Assembly: GCA_965203485.1 (NCBI GenBank)
Contig: OZ241892.1
Coordinates: 3,264,001-3,328,000, forward strand
Length of the DNA stretch: 64,000 nucleotides
Source of the DNA: Longimicrobiales bacterium
GTDB taxonomy: Bacteria > Gemmatimonadota > Gemmatimonadetes > Longimicrobiales > Gaopeijiaceae
Direction: 5' to 3'
Positions 9,054-18,256 of this stretch are shown here, in pieces. A model generated the notes under the pieces. The model searched no databases and had not been told where the DNA came from. It saw only the letters and a program-made list of their open reading frames with translations. Each line of letters starts with the position of its first letter. Within the stretch, counting starts at the first letter, position 1. Made by a program: the position numbers and the translations under genes.

Positions 9054-10208
9054 CTACCCAAGCCGCGTCGCCAGTTCGGCTGCCGGGACCGCATGAACGC
9101 CGTCGGCCATCCGATAGCTCGCCGTGCCGGCGTGGACGATGTCCAGCCGGTGAAGCTTCAGAGTGTCCTTCGAGGAGCGCATGGACTTCGTGAGGCGGGG
9201 AGCGTCGGAGCGCTTGACCTCGAAGCCGAGGCGACGGGCGCCGTCCAGCACGAGCAGATCGAGTTCGGCGCCGGAATGCGTGGACCAGTGGTAGCACTGC
9301 TCCGGACGCGCGGCCAGCAAGTGCACGATCTGCTGAACTACGAAGCCCTCCCAAGAGGCTCCGACCTTGGGGTGCGAGGCCACGTCGTCTCGCGTCGCGA
9401 GGCCCAGCAAGGCGTGGAGGATACCCGAGTCGGCGACGTAGACCTTGGGTGAACGCACCTGCCTCTTGCGGATGTTCTCGAACCAGGGTTGGAGCTGTCG
9501 CACCATGTACACCGAGGCGAGCAGGTCGAGATAGCGCCGCACGGTGGTGTGGGCGACGCCGAACGCGCGCCCGAACTCGGCTCCGTTCCAGACCTGCCCG
9601 TGCCAGTGGGCCAGCATCGTCCAGAATCGGCGCAGGGTGGTCGTGGACACCGCGCTTCCCAAGCTGGGGAGGTCTCGCGCCAGCAAAGTGTGGACGAAAT
9701 TGTCGCGCCAACGTAGGCTGGCCGCCTCTGAAGCCGCCAAGTACGACCGCGGGAAGCTTCCGCGCAACCACGTCCGCTCGATGTCGTCCACCTCGGTCAG
9801 GCCGAAGCCGTCCAGGTGGTGGAAGGCGGCCCGCCCGGCCAGGGACTCGGACGTGCGGCCAACGAGATCCGGCGAAGCGCTTCCGAGCAACAGAAATCGG
9901 GCCGGCGTCTGCGGGCGATCGGCCAAGACCCGGAGCAACTCGAACAGCTCCGGCAAGCGCTGAATCTCGTCCAGCACGACGAGCCCTCGGAGAGGCCGAA
10001 GTTCCAGGCTGGGCTCGGCGAGTCTGGCTTGATCGGGCGGGTCTTCCAAGTCGAACCATGTGACCGGACCGTCGCTGGACGCCGCCAGTTGTCGGGCCAG
10101 AGTCGTCTTGCCGACCTGTCGCGCGCCCAGCAGGACGACGACGGGAAACTCGGCCAGCAACAGCCGAAGACGATCCAGATGCCTTTCGCGGAGGATCTCC
10201 ATAATCAT
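9054..10208 (-). CDS. ATP-binding protein AAA_14 + DUF4143
   Basis: GARQVGKTT, LDEIQ, LLGSAS, ESLAGR, SPKVYVADSG, ELDLL...FEVK. Confidence 0.93.
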   Translation of the reverse strand: MIMEILRERHLDRLRLLLAEFPVVVLLGARQVGKTTLARQLAASSDGPVTWFDLEDPPDQARLAEPSLELRPLRGLVVLDEIQRLPELFELLRVLADRPQTPARFLLLGSASPDLVGRTSESLAGRAAFHHLDGFGLTEVDDIERTWLRGSFPRSYLAASEAASLRWRDNFVHTLLARDLPSLGSAVSTTTLRRFWTMLAHWHGQVWNGAEFGRAFGVAHTTVRRYLDLLASVYMVRQLQPWFENIRKRQVRSPKVYVADSGILHALLGLATRDDVASHPKVGASWEGFVVQQIVHLLAARPEQCYHWSTHSGAELDLLVLDGARRLGFEVKRSDAPRLTKSMRSSKDTLKLHRLDIVHAGTASYRMADGVHAVPAAELATRLG

Positions 10209-10244
10209 TGAAATATGAGCGATGAATGCACAGATTTCAATGAT
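10204..10244 (-). promoter_or_regulatory. Promoter overlapped by 11-bp perfect inverted repeat (operator)
   Basis: ATCATTGAAAT-N19-ATTTCAATGAT; minus strand TTGAAA-N17-CATATT immediately before ATG. Confidence 0.75.
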
Positions 10245-10434
10245 GAAATCGGCGTCCTCGCCTCCAGCTGTTCCCCAACTGCGGCGATTCCGCTAGACGG
10301 AGATCGAATCCAAGTCGGGCGCCACGCCACGCCACGAAGGTCGCCTGCAAGCCGGGGACGGAGGTGGCCCGGGGGTAGAGCGCTGGTTCCGACAGGCCCG
10401 GCCTAGGCGCGCGGCGCGTCGGCGCAAGACTTGG

Positions 10435-11079
10435 TCAGCCGATGCCCTCCGCCTTCAGCAGGAGCTCCAGGTGCTGCTCGGCCTGCGCCAAGCCGCCCTC
10501 GCCCTCGCGCCACGACGCGCGTCCGTCCTCGTCGGCGTCCTTCCCGTTCACGACGGCCTCGAGCGTCGCCAAGATGCCCTCCGCCAGCCCGTGGGCCTGG
10601 GCCGCGTCCATCGCGGACTCGACTTCCTGGGCCTTCTCCAGCACGCTCTCGGCCCACATGGCCACGTTCCGGGCGGCGGTCGCGACGTGCTCCGCGTGCG
10701 TCTTGATCGCGTCTGCGGCGCCGTCGGCTTCAGCCGCCATTCCAATGTGGGCGGCCACGCCCTCGGCGGCGCGCACCAGGCCGTAGCCCTTGCCCGGGCC
10801 TCCGCCGTCCTCGGAGGGCTGCACGGCGTGCACGACGTGCCCGATGTGCCGCTTGATGGCGTCGAGGTCCTCCGCACCGGCCGCCAAGCGGGCGTGTTGC
10901 AGCGCGATCTCGGCTTCGGCGCGGGCAGTGGCGAGCAATCCGGCTTCGTCCGGCGTGCCGCGGAAGCTCTCCGAGACGTGCCTGACGTGGTTGTGGCCGG
11001 CCTGGGCCGACGCGGACGAGGGCGCTAGCGCGAGTGCGGCTGTTGCGGCCAGGGCGATGGGGGTCGTTCTGGGTCTCAT
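10435..11079 (-). CDS. Secreted His-rich helical hypothetical protein
   Basis: GGAG SD, signal peptide ending ASA-Q, repeated His-bearing helices, DADEDG loop. Confidence 0.8.
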   Translation of the reverse strand: MRPRTTPIALAATAALALAPSSASAQAGHNHVRHVSESFRGTPDEAGLLATARAEAEIALQHARLAAGAEDLDAIKRHIGHVVHAVQPSEDGGGPGKGYGLVRAAEGVAAHIGMAAEADGAADAIKTHAEHVATAARNVAMWAESVLEKAQEVESAMDAAQAHGLAEGILATLEAVVNGKDADEDGRASWREGEGGLAQAEQHLELLLKAEGIG

Positions 11080-11313
11080 GATCGTGCTCCAGATGGGGGT
11101 CTTGTCGGCGCGTCGATGGGCGCGCGGAACGCATGGAGGCAAGATACGACCTCCCCCTGTCGTCGGCCAGATCCGCGCCCGTCCAGCTGGCTTGCCACTG
11201 GAATTGCCGTTGCGAACGTTGGACGAGTCCCATGACCTGTCGGCGGGATGAGCGATCCCTGAATTCCGCCGATTCCTGCGCTGGGCACCGACTTGAGAGG
11301 AGACAATTGAACG

Positions 11314-11956
11314 ATGAGGACGAGAACGGCCGCATCCTGGGCCCTCGCGTCGGCGGCGTGGGCGGCAGCCGCTCCCGTCTTCGCGCAACCTCTTTCCCCG
11401 TGCCGTCCAACGCGAAACGCTGATGGGCGCGCGCGGCGGGGCGAGCGTCGCCAGCACTTCGGCGACCGACGAGAGCGGGGCCAAGAGCCGCACCGGTCTT
11501 GCGGTCGGCGTCTTCCTGGAGGCGCCGGTCTCCACGGCTCTTGCTGTCCAGGTGGAGGGGGCCTACGTCCAGAAAGGCGCCGCCTGGGACGCCGGAACCG
11601 TCGAGTTCAATTACGTGGACTTCGGTGTGCTCTTGAAGGCGGGCACGAGCGCGATGCCCTCGCTCTACGCGTTTGCCGGACCCACCTTGGGACTCAACGT
11701 GGCCTGTCGGGTCAGAGCCCGGAGCGCGGGCGCCGAGCTGTCGCTCGAGTGCGACGATCTGGACGACCGACTACGAGCTGAGAGGGCGACTTTCGGGGCG
11801 AAGGGTGGAGTCGGAGCCGCCATGCGGGTCGGCGAGTCCGTGAGGCTGTCGCTCGACGTGGCGTACGCGCTGGATCTGACCGACGCCGTCGAGGGAAGCG
11901 ACGCGAAGAACCGCGGATTCCTGATCCAGGCCGGAGCCGCGATTCCGCTAGGATGA
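11314..11956 (+). CDS. Outer-membrane beta-barrel (porin/PorT-like) protein, apparent frameshift after signal peptide
   Basis: Signal peptide MRTRTAASWALASAAWAAAAPVFAQ (11314, GAGGAG SD) is out of frame with barrel body 11423..11956 (VEGAYVQKG, YAFAGP). Confidence 0.65.
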
Positions 11957-12164
11957 CGTTGCTGGCTAGATGCTTGGCTAGAGTCCGCCCCATCGCCTGC
12001 GCCAGTCGGCGCACATCTAAGCTCAAGGCCGGGCTCGGCGCACTTGGCTTGGTCAGCGGGTCGTCTTGCCGACCTGTACTTCCCGCAAGACAATGACGGG
12101 GGAACTCGGAACCTTCAATCCTTGAAGGGGGCCTCGCAGTTTTCGGTTGTCAAACTACTTCCGT

Positions 12165-12902
12165 TCACCGTGGCCTTTCTCTCGTCGGTGTCATGATTAT
12201 GTCGTAGACGCTTCCCCACTCGATTCGGCCCTCTTTCACCACACATCCTGTTCTGCGAAAGTACTTTACCATCTTCTCCCGAGCGAGTTCGCGAGCATCA
12301 GCCAGTCCATTGGCCGCATGGTGCTCAATGACCTTCAGAACAGCCTTGCCGGCGTCAGCCCAGCCAGATATGTCCAACCAAAAGGCGTTGCCAACGATCT
12401 TGAGGTGGGAACCCACATCCCTTATGCCGCTCGGGCCATAGCAGATGCCTTCAACGCAACGTGCGGTCACGCCGCCTTGCCGGAGCCGTCTTGTTGCCGC
12501 TTGGAAATCCGAGACAAGCCGCTTATGTTGGCTGGCATTGCCCCATTTCGTGCCGGACTTGACCTGCACTATCGTCCGTTTTCCGGCCTCGTCGAATTCA
12601 AGGTCAATGCCCTCGCTACTGGATTTCGTTCCATTCTTCGCCGCCTTGCACACCGATACGGCAATGCCTTCCAAGATGTCGCCAAAACGAGTCTCTTCGC
12701 TGGACGACAGAAATGCATCGATCAAGCGATCGGCAAATTGCTCAGGACCATCCGGCGCGCGAGCTCGGAAGAGAAAAGGATTTTTCTCGATCAGGTCATG
12801 AGGTTGAACATTGGCAATTTTTTCCTGCATCCAATTGGCGAAGTCCTCAACCGCAGAATGAATCTCCGGTTCAGCGTTCGACCACCAATCAGGCGGCGAC
12901 AC
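12165..12902 (-). CDS. Type II restriction endonuclease, PmeII/EcoO109I-like family
   Basis: KNPFLFRA, SSSEETRFGD, EGIDLEF, VQVKSGTKWGNASQ; GTG start overlaps MTase end; lower GC. Confidence 0.8.
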   Translation of the reverse strand: MSPPDWWSNAEPEIHSAVEDFANWMQEKIANVQPHDLIEKNPFLFRARAPDGPEQFADRLIDAFLSSSEETRFGDILEGIAVSVCKAAKNGTKSSSEGIDLEFDEAGKRTIVQVKSGTKWGNASQHKRLVSDFQAATRRLRQGGVTARCVEGICYGPSGIRDVGSHLKIVGNAFWLDISGWADAGKAVLKVIEHHAANGLADARELAREKMVKYFRRTGCVVKEGRIEWGSVYDIIMTPTRERPR

Positions 12903-13719
12903 TTCCCAGTCCAATCGCCTGGCGCATGGCCTCACAATATTCCACGTGCGTGTCGATGCCGATGGCGTTTCGTCCAAGCTCCAACGCAACCACCAACGCC
13001 GTGCCGCTTCCCGCAAACGGATCCAAGACCACATCGCCTTCGTCTGTGAACAACTTGATGAACCATTCGGGCAACGCCTTCGGAAACGCGGCAGGATGTC
13101 CTTTGAAGGCACACTCCGTAGCCATGTGCAGCACGTTGGTTGGATAGGCCATATCGCGTCCGATCCAGTTCTCTACACGCTTTCCGAAGCCGTTCTCGTG
13201 CTTGGATTCATCTCGCGTGCGGTCGGTCTTTGACAGATTCCGCAAGCGAGCGTTTTTCCAGTCGCCCATTGGAACCATTACCGCTTCTTGACGCATCTTG
13301 AATGTCCGACTGACGGTGAAGTGCAGCAAGCGTTCCCATGAATCACGGAAGCGGTTGGGCCACTTGCCGGGATAGCAGTTCTTCTTGTGCCAACAGTATT
13401 CGTCTACCAAGCGCCAGCCTTGTTGGCGGCGCATGGCAAGCACCAAGTCGTAGACGTAAGGGTGCTTCTCTCCCCCGACAGCTTTTTCCTTGATGTTTAG
13501 AACGAAAGAGCCGTCACTAGCCAAGGAGTCCTTGAAGGCCCTGGCACGGGGCAAGAACCAATCAACGTAGTCGTCGGCGCGGATGCCGCCGTAGTTGCCT
13601 GTGCGCTGGTCAGCATATGGCGGTGAAGTGACGATTAGGTTCACGGAGCGAGGCGCAATGCGCCCGTCCGTCAGAACGTCCAAACAGTCACCCTCAAAAA
13701 CGGTCGCGGTTGTCTTCAT
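12889..13719 (-). CDS. Site-specific DNA methyltransferase (N4/N6, beta class)
   Basis: TSPPY catalytic motif N-terminal, HPAAFP, VLDPFAGSGT C-terminal. Confidence 0.93.
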   Translation of the reverse strand: MKTTATVFEGDCLDVLTDGRIAPRSVNLIVTSPPYADQRTGNYGGIRADDYVDWFLPRARAFKDSLASDGSFVLNIKEKAVGGEKHPYVYDLVLAMRRQQGWRLVDEYCWHKKNCYPGKWPNRFRDSWERLLHFTVSRTFKMRQEAVMVPMGDWKNARLRNLSKTDRTRDESKHENGFGKRVENWIGRDMAYPTNVLHMATECAFKGHPAAFPKALPEWFIKLFTDEGDVVLDPFAGSGTALVVALELGRNAIGIDTHVEYCEAMRQAIGLGSVAA

Positions 13720-14341
13720 GCCGGCATTTACCTTGGTGAATTCGTTGTTGTCGGAATTCGGGTTGTTGCAGGATTATGTGCTAGCTGCGAACAGCCGGTG
13801 CGAACGTCGGATGCTTGCAAGCTCTGATTCGAGCCGGTGTTCATGCGTTCGCGGCCGTCGAACAGACGGGGCTGGAAGATCGCCCGCGAGTCGGCCACAG
13901 GTCAAGACGGATTCGGACTCTCCGAGCCGTATGGGCAAACAGTTGGAGCATCAGCCACGACTATTCGGTAGATTGGGTCGGGAGCGATAGGAGACGCAAT
14001 GAAGATACGCAATCGGGAGTCGAGATCAAGAGCGCCCCACGTCCGCAGGACCCCTTCCTCGGCCTCAGGCCCTCTTGGATCGGGCGTTCACTCGCAAAGT
14101 GAGCGAGCACCCCGCGCGCCTCCTGTCTCGACCGGCTCGCGTCTCGGCGAGACAGAGGCCACGTCGTCGCGTTGAGGTGGGAGCCCAGCCCTCGTAGCCT
14201 GCGGCCCGTACGACTAGCCGGGTCAGCAAAGGTGATTTGCTCTGACGGTACGAGCCTCGAGCACGCCGTCGCCGGCGTATTGCCACCGACGCAACTCCGC
14301 GCCGATCCGACCGTGGGAGTCGGGCCGGTGGCGACTATCAT

Positions 14342-14356
14342 TGGCGTCCGGCTTGC
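14342..14356 (+). promoter_or_regulatory. Possible sigma-54 promoter of qhp operon
   Basis: TGGC-GTCCGGC-TTGC (GG-N10-GC) about 100 nt upstream of qhpA. Confidence 0.35.
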
Positions 14357-14453
14357 CATCTGGCCGCTCGCACGCCAGGTTGATGATTCCGGGCCGCGTC
14401 GCCGATGCACCCGGCGGACGCGAGGAGCGCGGAGCCAGGAAGGATCGCCCACC

Positions 14454-16220
14454 ATGAAGAGATGCGGTCGCGGAATAAGCCTGGCGCGACGGTCCGGCTG
14501 TCGGACGACCGTCGGACGGTGCTGGCTATCCCGAGTCCTCTCGGCCCTGGCCGCCGCCCTCTTCGCCTCCCTCTTCCCGCCGCACTCCGCCCGCGCCCAG
14601 GACGCCGCGCCCGCCGGCATTCCCGTGCGCGACCAGACGACCGTCGAAGCGTGCAGCCGTTGCCACGCGGTGGACGACGACGGCCTCATGTCGCGCGTCT
14701 CCTGGATGCGCAAGACGCCCGAGGGGTGGCAGCAGTCGATCCGGCGCATGGCGATGCTGAACGACGTGGAGCTGGAGCCGGAGACGGCTCGGCGGATCGT
14801 GCGCTACCTGTCGGACCACCACGGCTTGGCGCCGGACGAGCTCGCGCCGGGCCGCTTCGAGGTCGAGCGCAGGCTGGTGGACTACGCCTACGAGGCGGAC
14901 GAGGACGTCGCATACACGTGCAGCCGGTGCCATTCAATGGGCAGAACGGTCACGCAGCGGCGCACGAAGGAGGAGTGGGAGCTCCTGATGGCGATGCACC
15001 GCGGGTACTATCCGCTGTCGGACACGCAGGGGTTTCGGCGCATCGGGCCGCCCGCGCCGGACGCGACCGACGCGCGGCATCCGGTGGAGAAGGCGGTGGC
15101 CCACCTGTCCAAGGAATTCCCGCTCGAGACGGCGGCCTGGTCGGAGTGGTCGGCCACGATGCGCCCGCCGCGCTTGGCCGGGACGTGGGCGCTGCGGGGG
15201 CACGATCCCGGACGCGGTCCGGTCTACGGCACGGTCGAGATCGAGGCCGGGCCGGACGCCGGCGGCTTCGTGACGACGACGCGGTACGTGAACGCCCGCA
15301 CGCGCGAGGAGGTGCGGCGGACCGGGCGCGCGATCGTCTACACGGGGTACCAGTGGAGGGGCCGCTCCTTCGAGGGCGGAGACGAGTCGAAGGCGTACCG
15401 CGAAGTGATGATGGTGGGGCGCGGCTGGGACGAGATGGACGGGCGCTGGTTCGCCGGGGCCTACGACGAGTTCGGGCCGGACGTGACGCTGGTGCGGGCG
15501 GACGGGCCGGTGCTGCTGGGGATGCATCCGGGCGCGCTTCGGCCGGGCGCGGGCGCGGTCGTGCGCGTGCACGGGGTGAACTTGCCGGACGGTCTGTCGT
15601 CGGCCGATCTGGACTTCGGGCCCGGCGTCGAAGTCTCGGCGGTGCTAGGGAGCGGGCCGGAGCTGCTGGAGGCCCGTGTGGCGGTGGCCGAGGACGCTGC
15701 GCCCGGTCCCCGCGACGTGTTCGTGGGCGGGCGCGCCGTGCCCGGGCAGCTGGCCGTCTACCGGACGGTGGACAGGGTGGCGGTGACGCCGCGGGCAGGG
15801 ATGGCGCGGATCGGCGGCGCCGCGTTCCCCAAAGGGTACGCCCAGTTCGAGGCGGAGGGGTTCAGCGACGGACCCGACGGCAAGCCGTCCACGGACGACG
15901 ACTTGGCGCTGGGGTGGCTGGACGTGGACTGGTCGATGGAGGAGTACGCGGCGGTGTTCGACGACGACGACATCGCCTACGTGGGCGAACTGGGCGAAGA
16001 CGGCCTGTTCGAGCCCGCCGTGGACGGTCCCAATCCGAGCCGCGCCGGGATGCGCAACAACGTGGGCGACGTTTGGGTAGTGGCGACGTACCGGGGGCCG
16101 AACGGCGAGACCGTGCGCGGACGGGCCCACTTGGTGGTGACGGTGCCGCTCTACATGCGCTGGGAGCCCTGGCGCGTCGAAGAGGCGGCGGCGCCCGCCA
16201 TGCCGGAGAACGGCAGATGA
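14454..16220 (+). CDS. qhpA: Quinohemoprotein amine dehydrogenase alpha subunit (diheme c)
   Basis: Signal peptide, two CSRCH heme motifs, RKTPEGW, GPNP...NNVGD, HLVVTVP. Confidence 0.95.
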   Translation: MKRCGRGISLARRSGCRTTVGRCWLSRVLSALAAALFASLFPPHSARAQDAAPAGIPVRDQTTVEACSRCHAVDDDGLMSRVSWMRKTPEGWQQSIRRMAMLNDVELEPETARRIVRYLSDHHGLAPDELAPGRFEVERRLVDYAYEADEDVAYTCSRCHSMGRTVTQRRTKEEWELLMAMHRGYYPLSDTQGFRRIGPPAPDATDARHPVEKAVAHLSKEFPLETAAWSEWSATMRPPRLAGTWALRGHDPGRGPVYGTVEIEAGPDAGGFVTTTRYVNARTREEVRRTGRAIVYTGYQWRGRSFEGGDESKAYREVMMVGRGWDEMDGRWFAGAYDEFGPDVTLVRADGPVLLGMHPGALRPGAGAVVRVHGVNLPDGLSSADLDFGPGVEVSAVLGSGPELLEARVAVAEDAAPGPRDVFVGGRAVPGQLAVYRTVDRVAVTPRAGMARIGGAAFPKGYAQFEAEGFSDGPDGKPSTDDDLALGWLDVDWSMEEYAAVFDDDDIAYVGELGEDGLFEPAVDGPNPSRAGMRNNVGDVWVVATYRGPNGETVRGRAHLVVTVPLYMRWEPWRVEEAAAPAMPENGR

Positions 16221-17776
16221 GCGGCGCGGCTCGGGCGGGCTTGGCGCGGCGCGATTCTTCGTCGGCCGTTGCGGGAGCGGCAGGCGGCAAGCGTTCGGCG
16301 CCCGCAGCTTCCCCGCCGGTCCTCGGATCCGGGTCGCCCAACCGAGACCGCGTCCTCCTGGCCCAGCGGGAGTTCCACCCGTTCGAGGCGGGGGGCGAGA
16401 CGTTCGTCTACCTCGTGCCGTCGGCGGGCGTGTTTCGCTTGGACGGCGCGTCGCGCGGCGTGCTGGAGGCGCTCGACGCGGGGCCGGTTGCCGAAGAGGA
16501 CCTGGTCGCTTCGCTGGGCGGCCGGTTCGGCCCCGAGCGAGTCCGCCGAAGCGTGCGCGAGCTGCGCGAGGTGCGCGCCGTCGGCTTGGCGTCCCAGCCC
16601 CCGGAGCCTGTTCCGCGGGTGCTTCCCCAGGCCGGGTTTCCGTTGACCACGATGGTCCTCAACGTCACCAACAAGTGCAACTTGGCGTGCACCTACTGCT
16701 ACGAGTACGGCGAGGACAAGATCGTGGACACCGATTGCAGTCCCGCGCCCAACTACATGAGCGAAGAGACGGCCCGCAAGAGCGTGGACTTCATGCTCGC
16801 CGAGTCGGGTCCGTTGCCGGTGGCGCATTTGACGTTCTTCGGCGGCGAGACGCTGCTCAACTTCAAGGTCCTCGAGAAGACGCTCGCCTACGCCCGCGAG
16901 AAGGGACGGGAGGCCGGGAAGCGGGTGGAGTGTTCGCTTACCACCAACGCGACCCTGCTGCGCGAGGAAGTGATCGACTGGCTGGTGGAGAACGACGTCG
17001 GCGTCACGGTCAGCATCGACGGACCCAAGGAGATGCAGGACAAGTTTCGCGTCTTCAAGAACGGCATGGGTTCCTATGCGCACGTGCTGCCCAAGATCGA
17101 GATGCTGCTCGAACGGCACCGCAGCCGTCCCGTCGGCGCCCGAGTGACGCTCACCCGCCACACGCTCGACGCCACGAGAATATTCCGCCATCTGCGCGAG
17201 GAGCTGGGCTTCTGGGAGGTGGGCTTCGCGCCGGTCACCACGGCGGACGGCCGCGACTACGCCATCGAAGACGACGGGTTCGCTAGGATGCTGGGGCAGT
17301 TCGAGGAACTGGCCGCCGGATTCCTGGAGTGCGCGGTGGAGGACCGCCATCACGGGTTCTCGAACGTCAAGGACACCTTGGAGGAGATACACAAGGGCGT
17401 GAGCAAGGCGTTCCCCTGCGGCGCCGGCCTGGGGCTGATGGGCGTGGCCACCGACGGCGAAGTGGCGCTCTGCCATCGCTTCGCGGGCTCCGGCGAGCAC
17501 GGCATCGGATCTGTGGACGAGGGCATCGACCGCGCCAGGCAGTTCGAGTTCCTGGAACGCCATCACGTGGCCCACAAGACGGACTGCAGCCGTTGCTGGG
17601 CCAGGCCGCTGTGCGCAGGGGGCTGCTATCACGAAGCGCATGTCCGCTACGGCGACACCGGCAAGGCCAACCTTCACTACTGCGACTGGATCCGCAGCTG
17701 GACCGACACTTGCCTGAGGGTGTACGGCGAGATCTCGGTCAAGAACCCGGACTACCTGAGGCGGTTCGATGCTTGA
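16217..17776 (+). CDS. qhpD: Radical SAM/SPASM thioether-forming maturase
   Basis: CNLACTYC, FFGGE, PCGAG, LCHRF, CSRCWARPLCAGGCYHE; ATGA overlap with qhpA. Confidence 0.95.
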   Translation: MSGAARAGLARRDSSSAVAGAAGGKRSAPAASPPVLGSGSPNRDRVLLAQREFHPFEAGGETFVYLVPSAGVFRLDGASRGVLEALDAGPVAEEDLVASLGGRFGPERVRRSVRELREVRAVGLASQPPEPVPRVLPQAGFPLTTMVLNVTNKCNLACTYCYEYGEDKIVDTDCSPAPNYMSEETARKSVDFMLAESGPLPVAHLTFFGGETLLNFKVLEKTLAYAREKGREAGKRVECSLTTNATLLREEVIDWLVENDVGVTVSIDGPKEMQDKFRVFKNGMGSYAHVLPKIEMLLERHRSRPVGARVTLTRHTLDATRIFRHLREELGFWEVGFAPVTTADGRDYAIEDDGFARMLGQFEELAAGFLECAVEDRHHGFSNVKDTLEEIHKGVSKAFPCGAGLGLMGVATDGEVALCHRFAGSGEHGIGSVDEGIDRARQFEFLERHHVAHKTDCSRCWARPLCAGGCYHEAHVRYGDTGKANLHYCDWIRSWTDTCLRVYGEISVKNPDYLRRFDA

Positions 17777-17818
17777 GCGCCGCGGCGACTGTGCGCGATG
17801 CAACTGCGAGGAGGACGA

Positions 17819-18256
17819 ATGAACCATCTGAAGGCCGTCAACCAGAAGGCCGAGCGCATCCGGCGCTGGATCGCGGACGAGGAGTCCGCGGCAACGCCGG
17901 GCACGGGCTCGTCCGTCGCGGCGGGCGAAACGAGCGTTGCGGGCCCGGGCGACGCCGGCGCCCAGGGATCGGCCGTCGGCGAGGCCATGGACGTCGAAGC
18001 GCTGCAGAACCCGATGTCCGGCGGGCCGCACATTCCCTTGGGCTGTTCGCTGGTGTTCTCGCCCGGCTGGGAAGTGGACGCGTCCGGAGGCACGGCCGGG
18101 CTGTGCCAGCCTGTGGAGCGCGACTTGTTCGACTGTCACTTGGCCTGCTTCTGGCCTGCTCACGTGCCCGACCAGCTCAACCACGCGCCGGACTGGACGG
18201 GCAAGTGCGCGTCCGCCCAGAAGGACTGGCGCAAGATAGACTTGGTGTTTCCGTGA
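17819..18256 (+). CDS. qhpC: QHNDH gamma subunit (CTQ cofactor precursor)
   Basis: MNHLKAVNQKA leader; GCSLVFSPGWE, LCQPVERD, CHLACFWPAHVPD, DWRK; GGAGG SD. Confidence 0.95.
   Translation: MNHLKAVNQKAERIRRWIADEESAATPGTGSSVAAGETSVAGPGDAGAQGSAVGEAMDVEALQNPMSGGPHIPLGCSLVFSPGWEVDASGGTAGLCQPVERDLFDCHLACFWPAHVPDQLNHAPDWTGKCASAQKDWRKIDLVFP

Noticed and set aside
13720..14340. Small ORFs and hairpins between the MTase and qhpA
   Set aside because: No recognisable motifs or coding bias
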